The notes below the pieces were generated by a model that worked only from the letters and a program-made list of their open reading frames with translations, searched no databases and was not told where the DNA came from. Both the position numbers and the translations under genes were made by a program. This document shows, one piece after another, positions 29,679-39,025 of a stretch of DNA of 58,048 nucleotides. Position 1 is the stretch's first letter; the number at the start of each line of letters is the position of its first letter. The stretch is from an uncultured virus (IMG/VR IMGVR_UViG_3300037519_000101) (Duplodnaviria; Heunggongvirae; Uroviricota; Caudoviricetes). The stretch lies in IMG/VR virus record IMGVR_UViG_3300037519_000101, one strand, 5' to 3'.

Positions 29679-31298
29679 TTAGAAACTTCCTCCTGTAATA
29701 GGGTTTCTCATTACAATCTTTAATACCTTAGTCGGATCTTTAACCCAAATAGCAGGCATTGTTTGAGACATCATTACACGGTATCCATTGAATTGACCTG
29801 AAGATTGGAACCCTTGAGTTCTACCCATGTAATCCATAGTACCATTTTGATACCACCATTTCAATTGATTATCCCAAGATAATTTCAATAAGAAGATGTT
29901 ATCATTAGTATTATCAGTGATATCAAAGATAATGAATGAATAAGAAGATAATGGGAAACCATCAATGATTGGGTTCTCAATATCATTTGTGTGAACATTA
30001 TCAAATGCTGGATTCAATACAAATTTCACGTTAGCCAAGAATGGGATAACATATGAAGTGTATGCAAATCCAAAGTTTAAGTCCATACCTTTACCAGTGA
30101 TTGCACCGATATCAGCAGCTTGGATTAATAAACCTGAAGATACTGCTTCACGTTTGATAGCCTCATTTACCATTCTCATACCACCCATACCAGTTTGTAC
30201 AACTAGAGAGCGTTTTGGATCTGGACCTTGGAATTCAACTTTACCATTGAAGAAGTTGTAGATCTCACCACGGAATAAATCCAATGTGAAGTTATTTTTG
30301 TTGTAGATTCTTTTGAAAGAGTTATCCAACTGTTTCCAAAGACCCACTGACAATCTTAAATCATCTGGACCATCTTGTTTGATTCTACCACCTTGTCCCC
30401 ACATTAAGTAAGTCTCAATATCTTGAGCTATCTTAGACAAGTGAGCAGCTTCCATAGTAGTTAAGAAAGTTCTAGATAAATCACCATTGTCAAAAGCTTT
30501 TTTAACTTTGTCTTTACCTAATGTCTTAACCATATCATCTAAGCTACTGATTGAAGGATCATTTAAGTTTGTATCAAATGTTCTCCAGATCTCAGTTACA
30601 GGAACTGTACCATCTGCATTCATACCACCTTTGATCATCAAATCTGCTCTAGAAGAAATAGAGTAGTGAACGTGAGCTTCTGCACCTCCTACAAAGTTGT
30701 AGAATTCACGGAAACCAGCTCTAGTTTGGATGTCAGAGAATCTCTCTCCATACTCACCACGTGCGGAACCTTTACGGAATACTTTAGTACCATTAGCTAA
30801 GTACTTGTTATCCAAGAACTTGAAGTTATCATTGTTTACTAACTGTACGGTATAGATAAATCCATCACCTACAGGTAAGATATCTTCAGCTGTTACATAA
30901 AGTTCAACACCGTTGTATTTGTCATAGGTGAACATATCACCATGTCCAAACTCACGTCTGTTTAATTTAATTCTGAATGTTGAACCCTCAATACCTTTGA
31001 ATTCATTATCCGGTTCAATGTCCTCAATAATGTAAGGAAGATCAATAGATACAGGAGTCTGCCATCTATATTCACCTCTTGCATTGTCTACCATAATTAC
31101 ATTCTTTCCACCGAAAGAAGACATTTGGTACAAAGGCATTTCAACTTTTTGGGACATAGCCCATAAGTCAACCGGACCTAAATCCATTGGTTGAGCATCT
31201 TTCAACATGTTTACTAAGTGGTAGGAATCTACGTGTGAACTTGCATTGTATGCAGTATCACGCAGAAATATACCATTGTTTAAAACTGGAGTTGCCAT
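29679..31298 (-). CDS. Major capsid protein (crAss-like)
   Basis: Follows portal and scaffold; EYRWQ, YLMWG, GLWKQL, TGMGGM, NPAFD and IWVKDPT motifs; strong terminator. Confidence 0.85.
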   Translation of the reverse strand: MATPVLNNGIFLRDTAYNASSHVDSYHLVNMLKDAQPMDLGPVDLWAMSQKVEMPLYQMSSFGGKNVIMVDNARGEYRWQTPVSIDLPYIIEDIEPDNEFKGIEGSTFRIKLNRREFGHGDMFTYDKYNGVELYVTAEDILPVGDGFIYTVQLVNNDNFKFLDNKYLANGTKVFRKGSARGEYGERFSDIQTRAGFREFYNFVGGAEAHVHYSISSRADLMIKGGMNADGTVPVTEIWRTFDTNLNDPSISSLDDMVKTLGKDKVKKAFDNGDLSRTFLTTMEAAHLSKIAQDIETYLMWGQGGRIKQDGPDDLRLSVGLWKQLDNSFKRIYNKNNFTLDLFRGEIYNFFNGKVEFQGPDPKRSLVVQTGMGGMRMVNEAIKREAVSSGLLIQAADIGAITGKGMDLNFGFAYTSYVIPFLANVKFVLNPAFDNVHTNDIENPIIDGFPLSSYSFIIFDITDNTNDNIFLLKLSWDNQLKWWYQNGTMDYMGRTQGFQSSGQFNGYRVMMSQTMPAIWVKDPTKVLKIVMRNPITGGSF

Positions 31299-31322
31299 TT
31301 ATATTTATTTATTAGTTACTAA

Positions 31323-32597
31323 TTAAAAAGTACGTCTGAAAATATTAGTATTCTGACGCTGTATTGTTTTTTGTGGTTTATTTGAAGATGGTCTATCTTC
31401 TCCTATACCGGTGTTTGTTGAAGAACTAGATAATTTTCTAGACTCTTCAGTTTTCAAGCTTCTTACTGTTTTTTCTACAGCAGCTTTAGAACCTTGTTCT
31501 TTTATTCTACTTCTGTATCCTTCTGGATCTTGAAGTAACCAAAGTGCTTCAGCAATTAAACCATGGTTAGGTTCTACAAACTGATACTTTTCTAACAAGT
31601 GTCCTAACAAGTTTGTATTCTTACCAGATATAGAAGGATAGTTTGGTTGTACTAATCCTGAATAAAGAACACTTTGTGTTTTCTTATCAAGTTTAACTCC
31701 CGCAATTTCTCCTGCCGCAAGTGTATTGTATACACTATCTGTATAAGCTCTTGCTTGTTTTGTTTGTTGTTCTTTTTTGTGTTCTTGCTCAGCTAATTGT
31801 CTTGCAACAATTTCTTCTTGCATTCTATCTAACTTAGGCTTGAACTGATTTGCTTTTTGTTCTAACTTATTCATGTCAGCCCAATCTTGAATCTCTGATT
31901 CAATTTCTTCTGCATTTCCAAAGTTAGTAGCCCAAAGATATTGTCTAGCAATTTCTTCTTGGTCATGTTCATTAGTAGGATCTAAATCAATAATCTCTTC
32001 TACATGAGCAAGAGTTCTGAAAAGACCTTTTAAATCTTGTCCACCATCAGCCACATACTTAGCAGCAATTTGAAGTTCTTCAGGAAGAGCATTAAAAAAT
32101 TCTTTAGGAACTTTTGCTTTTACAGCATTTTCTCTTTCTTGGAAGTTTGCTTCAAACAATTCTCTGAAGTCTTTAGTACTATATTCTTCTAATGATTTCT
32201 CATCATCAAAAGGAATAAGTGTACCTTCTTCAATCATCTTTTGAGCTAGATCATAAAGACCATCTTTATCTACTTTTGGTCTTCCGTTCTTAGTACTAGC
32301 CTCTTCATTCTGACTAATAAGATTATCTAACTCAGCAATAGTTTCTTCAACTTCTGCTTTGTCTTCTACTGCTTGAGCTTTTTCTTGAGCTGTAGCAGGT
32401 TTGTTGTCAAGGAACGAGGTGTCAATGTTTTCAGCACTGAACATAGTTTTTGGTTTTTCTTCTGCTTTACCATCTTCTGGTGTCATGATGTTTGCAGCTC
32501 CGGGATTACCAAATAGTTCATCAATGTTAACATCAACTTGTTCTACCGTTGTAGAGTCTTGAATCTGTTCTTCAAGATTAGTTGCTTCTTTATTCAT
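31323..32597 (-). CDS. Scaffolding-like protein
   Basis: Acidic and helical, located between portal and capsid. Confidence 0.65.
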   Translation of the reverse strand: MNKEATNLEEQIQDSTTVEQVDVNIDELFGNPGAANIMTPEDGKAEEKPKTMFSAENIDTSFLDNKPATAQEKAQAVEDKAEVEETIAELDNLISQNEEASTKNGRPKVDKDGLYDLAQKMIEEGTLIPFDDEKSLEEYSTKDFRELFEANFQERENAVKAKVPKEFFNALPEELQIAAKYVADGGQDLKGLFRTLAHVEEIIDLDPTNEHDQEEIARQYLWATNFGNAEEIESEIQDWADMNKLEQKANQFKPKLDRMQEEIVARQLAEQEHKKEQQTKQARAYTDSVYNTLAAGEIAGVKLDKKTQSVLYSGLVQPNYPSISGKNTNLLGHLLEKYQFVEPNHGLIAEALWLLQDPEGYRSRIKEQGSKAAVEKTVRSLKTEESRKLSSSSTNTGIGEDRPSSNKPQKTIQRQNTNIFRRTF

Positions 32598-32687
32598 CTT
32601 GTTGGTTTTAGTTTATAATTTAATATAAGCAATAAACTTGAAAAATTTAAATACTTTTAAAAATTTTTGGGCACTATATAGCTAACC

Positions 32688-35417
32688 CTATTCTTTTTTA
32701 TCATATTTGTTCTTATTTTCTCTTGCAATTGCTAGTTGTTTATCTGCTATTTCTTTTTGAGCTTGTATTTTTTCTCTTTCAATTTGAGTTTTTGTAGAAT
32801 CATTATTCATTCTATTTACTTCTTTTTCTCTTTGTAGATTCATTTGATCTTGGAATTCTTCAGACTGTTTGATATCCTTCATTGCATCTATATAATCAGA
32901 TTGCATATTTTTATCAATATCAGTCATTGCTCCCATACCAGCAGCTCTAATTTCAGCAACAAGAATATCTCTTTGTCTATTCTTCTCATCTCTTAATTCA
33001 TTTGCATCAAGTTCCATTTTCTTTTGTCTTTCTTGAGACTCCATTTGTTGTTGTTGCATTTGTTGTTGTTGTTGTTGCTCTTCTTGCTTTTGTTTATTTT
33101 GTTTTTCTTCTGCAGCTTTAAGAGTATTGTTTACTTCAGATACTGTATCTGCTTGTACAAGTTTTCCTAAATCATATATTGTAGCACCAGTAGTGTTATT
33201 AGTCATAGCCATTTGTTTTAATTGCTCTAGGACAGCTCTATGATTTGCTGTGGTACTGCAGAAGATATTAAGATCTCTCATTAATAAATCTGTACCATTT
33301 ATTTCAAAGTTTACTTTCTCATCATCAGAAGTCATATAAGAAAGTCTTGCTGATGGTTTTGTTGAGTGATAGTACTGTGCAAGGTCTGTTCTCATGGTAT
33401 GCACGCGAGGCATTAAGTAATCACAGTGTTGCATAAAGAATATTTCTGTCTGAGCATATGATGCTGAAGCAGCTTGCTCAACTCCAGTAGCAGTCATTTG
33501 TGATAACTGTTGACCCATCCTTTGAGGATTAACACCAATTACATCATAAGCTTGTTGCTTAAAGTGCTCAGCTAATTTAATTCTTGACATCAACCTTTCT
33601 GTTTGTGAAAGATCTAGTTTTTGAAAATGTTGGAAGTTGAGTGGATTTTCTGTATTACTTATTGAGGTATCCAATGGAAGCATCTGGAAATTCTTCATTG
33701 CCACATATGCTTTTGCTAAGTTATTCTTACCCCAGTCTTCACCCATTGAGTGTCTTGGTAATGAATTTTGATCAAGTAGAATTACTGTTCCTAATTCATC
33801 AACTAGTATATCAGCAATCTGATTGTTTACAATGTTGTATCCAATCTGGTATGGCTTCATTAAATCTAACAAAGCTGTTGACTTAGTATTTCTATCAGAG
33901 AACACAGCTCCTTCTACCGGAAGCTTGCATCCATATAAACTATTATCTCCTTTAAATTGGAATCTTAATGGTCCAATATGGTTTTTATCTATACCTATAT
34001 AAACTGGAGAGAATCCACCAGGATTATTCATACCCCAGAATGAAGGAATATTTGGTCCAATTTTTACACCACCCCAAACTTCATTAATCCAGATCCAGTC
34101 AATATGTTCCCCATACACAAGATTCTCTTTATTTTTATTCTTAAATAATCTTGTATCATATATTGGATTATCAGTTATCTTATAATCTTCAGTAATGATT
34201 TCATTAATAACTTCACCATTATCTTTAATTTTAGTTAAGTGTCCTACTTTTCTTTGAGACTTCCAATAACCTGTAGTTACTCTTAACAAGTAAGCTGTAC
34301 CTTGATCATAATAATCTTCCCCTTCAGAAAGGATTTGATTAATAATATCTCCACCATCATATACAGATCCTGCCATCATTGTAGTATACTGTCTGTATGC
34401 TAATGAAGGCATGTTAGTATTCCACTCATGTGACTTAGTAGCATCATAGAATGTACCATCATTTTGACCCCCTATTGCATAACCTGCAGATCTAATTGGA
34501 TAAATAGCTTCTAATGCTTCATGTTGTTCTGCTGTAAGAACATATCCGTACTTATCAATTACATCAGCAACAGTTAACATGTCTACTTTTCCAACCCAGT
34601 TACCTTGAGAAATATATCTTGCATCTGGAGATTTGTGATAAAAAGTAACAGGAGGATTCCATAATTCTACATCATAATCATCTTCCATCATACGGAAATG
34701 CCAGAACTCTCTGTCTGTAATAAGCATATCACGGAAACCTCTTTCTTCTAACTCATCCATATGGAATCTTTCTACGTCCACTTTATGTTGGTGAGAAGCC
34801 CATTGTTCTACAAGTGATTTGTAATCTTTCTTAAAGAACTGCTCAATCTGTGGTAATGTTTTTAAATTCTCAGGAGATAATTGTTGTTGTGCTTCAGGGG
34901 ATTCTGGATTCATACCTTGCTCCATTAAAGCAGCTTGTATTTGAGTACTTGCTTCAGCCATTAATGTATCCTCTACCATCTTTCTTTTTTGCTCCATCAT
35001 CTCATTGTATGAGAATTCATCAATAGCTCTGTAAGTAAGTTTGGTAGATCTTTTAGCAAATTCAGCTACAAGAACATTAATAACATTTGGAATGATTGGG
35101 TAAAATTTTAATTCTAAAGCAGACCAGTCTTCTCTAGTTAATACATCAACAATATCTTTCATTTCATTGTTTTCTTCAACTATATAATCTGACTTATCTA
35201 TAATACCTTTAGCAAGCTTATAGTTTTTCATTAGTCTGCGCGCATTTCTGCGGATTTGTTTTAACCCATTCCATTCTAACCAATCAAGATTCCAAGCAGC
35301 CCACTCATCATCTTTTTCTTTTTTAGGAATAAATTGCAACGGTTGAGTAATACTACCCATCCTATTATGAGAAGCCTTAGCTCCTTTTTTGAGCTGCATA
35401 GCGTTGAAAACCTGCAT
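32688..35417 (-). CDS. Portal protein
   Basis: 909 aa; FYPIIPNVINVLVAEF, YWKSQRKVG, WIWINEVW, MKPYQIGYNIVNNQ, GVNPQRMG; Q-rich coiled-coil tail. Confidence 0.85.
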   Translation of the reverse strand: MQVFNAMQLKKGAKASHNRMGSITQPLQFIPKKEKDDEWAAWNLDWLEWNGLKQIRRNARRLMKNYKLAKGIIDKSDYIVEENNEMKDIVDVLTREDWSALELKFYPIIPNVINVLVAEFAKRSTKLTYRAIDEFSYNEMMEQKRKMVEDTLMAEASTQIQAALMEQGMNPESPEAQQQLSPENLKTLPQIEQFFKKDYKSLVEQWASHQHKVDVERFHMDELEERGFRDMLITDREFWHFRMMEDDYDVELWNPPVTFYHKSPDARYISQGNWVGKVDMLTVADVIDKYGYVLTAEQHEALEAIYPIRSAGYAIGGQNDGTFYDATKSHEWNTNMPSLAYRQYTTMMAGSVYDGGDIINQILSEGEDYYDQGTAYLLRVTTGYWKSQRKVGHLTKIKDNGEVINEIITEDYKITDNPIYDTRLFKNKNKENLVYGEHIDWIWINEVWGGVKIGPNIPSFWGMNNPGGFSPVYIGIDKNHIGPLRFQFKGDNSLYGCKLPVEGAVFSDRNTKSTALLDLMKPYQIGYNIVNNQIADILVDELGTVILLDQNSLPRHSMGEDWGKNNLAKAYVAMKNFQMLPLDTSISNTENPLNFQHFQKLDLSQTERLMSRIKLAEHFKQQAYDVIGVNPQRMGQQLSQMTATGVEQAASASYAQTEIFFMQHCDYLMPRVHTMRTDLAQYYHSTKPSARLSYMTSDDEKVNFEINGTDLLMRDLNIFCSTTANHRAVLEQLKQMAMTNNTTGATIYDLGKLVQADTVSEVNNTLKAAEEKQNKQKQEEQQQQQQMQQQQMESQERQKKMELDANELRDEKNRQRDILVAEIRAAGMGAMTDIDKNMQSDYIDAMKDIKQSEEFQDQMNLQREKEVNRMNNDSTKTQIEREKIQAQKEIADKQLAIARENKNKYDKKE

Positions 35418-35418
35418 A

Positions 35419-36063
35419 TTATAAAAATTTTAAATTAAATTTATTTACTTTAATAAGTCTTGTCATATGACTTGGGGATTTTCCAAAAACTTTTGCAACA
35501 TCTTGTATAGAGTCATATATCACATTAGTTGCTAAATCTATAACTTTTTTCCTTGTTTTTGAATAAATTTTTTCCTTTTCTTCTTCTGACTTAACCCGTC
35601 CTTTTTGACTTTTACTGATTATATTTTTTTGTGTATCTGATAATATTTTAGCATAATTAGGATTATTAAAACCTTTCATGCGCTGTGACATTTGCTCTCT
35701 TTTTTCTTTAGACCAAGTTTTTCCATACATAGGATTTTTTACACCTTTTTTTGAATCAGATATTTTCTTTATTATTTGTTCAGCAGGTTGAAATAAACCC
35801 TCTCCTCCCATTGTTAAATTTGCAAGTTTTATATTACATTTTCTATAAAAACTAATAAATTCTATTTCTTTTTGACAAGCTTCTCCCCATGTTAAATCAT
35901 CCAACATTATGTCAATTGTGTAACTTGTTTTTTTAATTACATGTTTCCAATGTTGATTTCTGTTATGTTTTGAGTTAGCTCTTTTATAACTGTTATCAGA
36001 ACCTATACCAATATAAAATGGTAAATTAGTATCCAACCTAATATGTCTATATAAATAAGGCAT
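35419..36063 (-). CDS. Free-standing GIY-YIG-type homing endonuclease with NUMOD3 repeats and C-terminal NUMOD1-like HTH
   Basis: YLYRH..FYIGIG..R, E..FI, NLTMGGEG, KKISDSKKGVKNPMYGK. Confidence 0.8.
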   Translation of the reverse strand: MPYLYRHIRLDTNLPFYIGIGSDNSYKRANSKHNRNQHWKHVIKKTSYTIDIMLDDLTWGEACQKEIEFISFYRKCNIKLANLTMGGEGLFQPAEQIIKKISDSKKGVKNPMYGKTWSKEKREQMSQRMKGFNNPNYAKILSDTQKNIISKSQKGRVKSEEEKEKIYSKTRKKVIDLATNVIYDSIQDVAKVFGKSPSHMTRLIKVNKFNLKFL

Positions 36064-36065
36064 AA

Positions 36066-38279
36066 CTATCTTATATTTTTAAATGGAGATCTTTTTACAT
36101 TTTGTCCTCCTGATGAACTACCTGCACTCCTACCCATGTGACGGAAAGGACTACTACTTAATTTATACAAATTTTCTGACTTTTGCAAGTTTTTAGCTGT
36201 ATCATCCATGATAACTCTTTTACTATAACCTCTATTAGCTTGCTGAATTCTCATGAAAGCAACCATTGCACAAAAAGCAACAAGTCTATCCACATTGACT
36301 CCATCTGAATATGCAGCCATTTCTTTTAACAACATAATATCAGGTATTCTTTCAATACCGTATTTAGTTCTTACAATAGTACCATCAGATTTAGTTTCAA
36401 CATCAAGTTCTTCTTTTGTGTACTCAATAGCATAACTCAATAAGTGAGCTTTAAATAATGTTCCTGTATTCTTCCAACCATACTCCTGATACACTGAATT
36501 ATTAGATCCCAGGTCTTTTAAGAACATTATTTGACTTTTTGGTACTAAGTACTTCTGCTTCTTTCTAGAGATCATATACTGGATAAATAATGATATGTTA
36601 TTCTCAATTACTGTCCAGGCATTATACCATTCAATAATTGTCTCCAGTCTCTGATGTGTTTTGTTAATATCATCAAACCTTCCACACCAAGCAGCTACAA
36701 TTTTATCTGGTTCTATGTATGTTTCAGTTTCTATACCCGTAACCTTTGTTACTTCTACAGGAGCTTTCATAATATAGATAGAACACAAAGATTCAGATGT
36801 TGTAGTTTTTCCCTCCGCAACCGGGTCAATACTAGCATAATACATACCAAAGCTAGGGTTCTCAACTGGTCTTTCCCATACTACAAGAACTCCTGTTTTA
36901 TCTTCAGTATTTTTTGTAATTGGAAATTCTGTAATTGGTCTTCTGTTACTATGTTCAGGAAGTATTTTTCCATTAGCATCTCTGCCTAATTCTAAGAATT
37001 CATATGCATATTCTTTATCTTCAATTCTTCTCTGCTGTGCTGTTACAAGATGCATTGGGAATTTAGATATAGTTCTGTTAGCAAAGGCTTCTTCAATATT
37101 TCTTGGGTGCTGAGAAATCCTTAACTGATATGTCTCTGGAGCAAGTTCTTTTTTCCATTTTTCAAACTGATCATCCAATGCTTCTAATGCTTCTTGTACT
37201 TTAGAATTCCCAAAGTTGTCAATATATGGAGGCATAGACCATTGTTCAGGTATGAATAACCCGGATCTTCCTACAGAACCTTTATTATCTAGTAAGTCTG
37301 TTTCTACAGAATAGATATCATTTTCAGTTGGATAAAGAATCATTTTTCTCAATGGTTCACACTGAGATAAATCCCCTACAGATCCTGCAGCAATAAATAC
37401 ACCAGTAGTTGTTAAACCAGATCTCATGGCTGGACGCATATACTCATAAGTATTATCCATCCTTGGAGCAATCCCGGCTTCCTCATGAAAGAAGTATTTT
37501 ACCGGACCCCCTACACCATTTGTTGGATCTTTCTCAAATGACATACCTTGAATTGTACCTTTAAGACCTACTTCTGTTTTTCTATCCCCTCTTCTTACCT
37601 CAATCTTTTGTTGCCACATCATTACCTTGTCTGGAGACATTGGTCTATACCATGCTGTATGTTCATTAAGAAAAGCCGCGTACTCTTGTAAAAATTTCCA
37701 AGATCCTTTCTCATTAATGTAGTCTTTAAGACTAGCACCAATCTTTAGAGTAACCCCTTCTTCAAACCATTGTTGGTTAAGAAGCTTAGCCATGTGATAA
37801 TAAGAAGAAGCTATCTGTCTTTTTTTAAGAATAGCAATATGATTATAGTTTAGTTCTGCTAGTATCTCATATAAAGCCATATGATACTGAGCATCCCGGA
37901 TATCAGCAAAACCAAACTTTTGAATCTCTTTGTTAAAGATAGGTAGGAAGTTCAACCACATATAGTAGTCTCTGGTCATATACCAGACTTTACCTTTTTC
38001 TTTAATAAGAACACCTCTTCTGCATTTTGCTTTTTGGTCATCCCAATAAGCAATAAAATCTTTGGATTTAAAAGGAGCAGTACAGTAAACTTTGTCTTTA
38101 TTAAACTTTGCAGACTCTTGTGTAAATAAACTTGTGGTAGTATCATTAAATTCATACTTACCAGGTTCTTTAAAAACATTGGTCAATAAGTAAGTATAGA
38201 ACTCTTCTCTGGAATTAAAGTCAGTAGAAGTCCATGTACCATTATCCCATGTAGGTATGTCTTGATATATTTCTCTCAT
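36066..38279 (-). CDS. terL: Terminase large subunit
   Basis: ILKKRQIASSY (Walker A region), FFHEEAG (Walker B), ASIDPV nuclease motif, NVDRL. Confidence 0.9.
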   Translation of the reverse strand: MREIYQDIPTWDNGTWTSTDFNSREEFYTYLLTNVFKEPGKYEFNDTTTSLFTQESAKFNKDKVYCTAPFKSKDFIAYWDDQKAKCRRGVLIKEKGKVWYMTRDYYMWLNFLPIFNKEIQKFGFADIRDAQYHMALYEILAELNYNHIAILKKRQIASSYYHMAKLLNQQWFEEGVTLKIGASLKDYINEKGSWKFLQEYAAFLNEHTAWYRPMSPDKVMMWQQKIEVRRGDRKTEVGLKGTIQGMSFEKDPTNGVGGPVKYFFHEEAGIAPRMDNTYEYMRPAMRSGLTTTGVFIAAGSVGDLSQCEPLRKMILYPTENDIYSVETDLLDNKGSVGRSGLFIPEQWSMPPYIDNFGNSKVQEALEALDDQFEKWKKELAPETYQLRISQHPRNIEEAFANRTISKFPMHLVTAQQRRIEDKEYAYEFLELGRDANGKILPEHSNRRPITEFPITKNTEDKTGVLVVWERPVENPSFGMYYASIDPVAEGKTTTSESLCSIYIMKAPVEVTKVTGIETETYIEPDKIVAAWCGRFDDINKTHQRLETIIEWYNAWTVIENNISLFIQYMISRKKQKYLVPKSQIMFLKDLGSNNSVYQEYGWKNTGTLFKAHLLSYAIEYTKEELDVETKSDGTIVRTKYGIERIPDIMLLKEMAAYSDGVNVDRLVAFCAMVAFMRIQQANRGYSKRVIMDDTAKNLQKSENLYKLSSSPFRHMGRSAGSSSGGQNVKRSPFKNIR

Positions 38280-38281
38280 AA

Positions 38282-38797
38282 TTATTGATCATATCCTAAA
38301 CCAATTCCTCCGCGCACTTTGCTGGATTGTTCTTCTTGTAAATCTTTGTAGACTCCTTTAAATGAAGCTCTGATATCATTAAAACTTTTAGCAGCTGCAA
38401 TAATAGAGTTCATATTACCGTCCCTACCTGTTGTAAGAGTTGATGTTTCCATAAACTTTGCTAATCTATCTAGCATGGATGCAATACCTTTATATGCTCT
38501 TGATGTTGGTGTTTCATACATTCTTTGACAGAAGAGTAAACCAATAGCAATATCATCATCTTCAGTAGAAAACTCAGCTTGTATTTCCTCAAGAATTAAA
38601 GATTCTTTATCTACTTCAGGTGTATAGAAAAACGGATTCATATCAGGATTAGGACAAGTCATGTAAAACAAATACTGATAAATCTTTAAGTATTCATTTG
38701 GATAGTTATCCATGATATCCTTTAAAGCTTTCAGTGTATAACAATGTTCTGTAGGAATTACAGTACCATTCTGTACATCAAATAATCTTACTAGCAT
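38282..38797 (-). CDS. Putative terminase small subunit
   Basis: Helical protein immediately upstream of terL, ending in KVRGG. Confidence 0.45.
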   Translation of the reverse strand: MLVRLFDVQNGTVIPTEHCYTLKALKDIMDNYPNEYLKIYQYLFYMTCPNPDMNPFFYTPEVDKESLILEEIQAEFSTEDDDIAIGLLFCQRMYETPTSRAYKGIASMLDRLAKFMETSTLTTGRDGNMNSIIAAAKSFNDIRASFKGVYKDLQEEQSSKVRGGIGLGYDQ

Positions 38798-39024
38798 AAT
38801 AGTTTATTTTTAATTTCATCATAAGGGCTATTGATAGTAAATATTGAACCTGTTAGTAAATAAATAGTGCATTCATTTTCAATAACTTCTCCCTCATCAT
38901 CTATAGATTCTCTTACAGCAGATATATCTTCAGTATTAAGAATCATCCTTACAGCAATTTCTGTGTCTACACCTAAGTCTTTCAGTTGTGTATTTTCTAA
39001 AAATATCTCAGTTTCAATATACAT
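38791..39024 (-). CDS. Small acidic hypothetical protein
   Basis: Tightly coupled 77-aa ORF. Confidence 0.6.
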   Translation of the reverse strand: MYIETEIFLENTQLKDLGVDTEIAVRMILNTEDISAVRESIDDEGEVIENECTIYLLTGSIFTINSPYDEIKNKLLC

Positions 39025-39025
39025 A

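Noticed and set aside
33040..33110. (ttg)n microsatellite as a repeat array or CRISPR
   Set aside because: It encodes the poly-Gln coiled coil of the portal; no repeat-spacer structure was seen anywhere in the window
35419..36063. Group I intron around the GIY-YIG ORF
   Set aside because: terL and portal are complete and only 1-2 nt flank the ORF, leaving no room for a ribozyme core
37770..37778. AACCAACAA match inside terL as an sRNA target
   Set aside because: Deep inside the CDS and explained by Asn-Gln-Gln codons; treated as background
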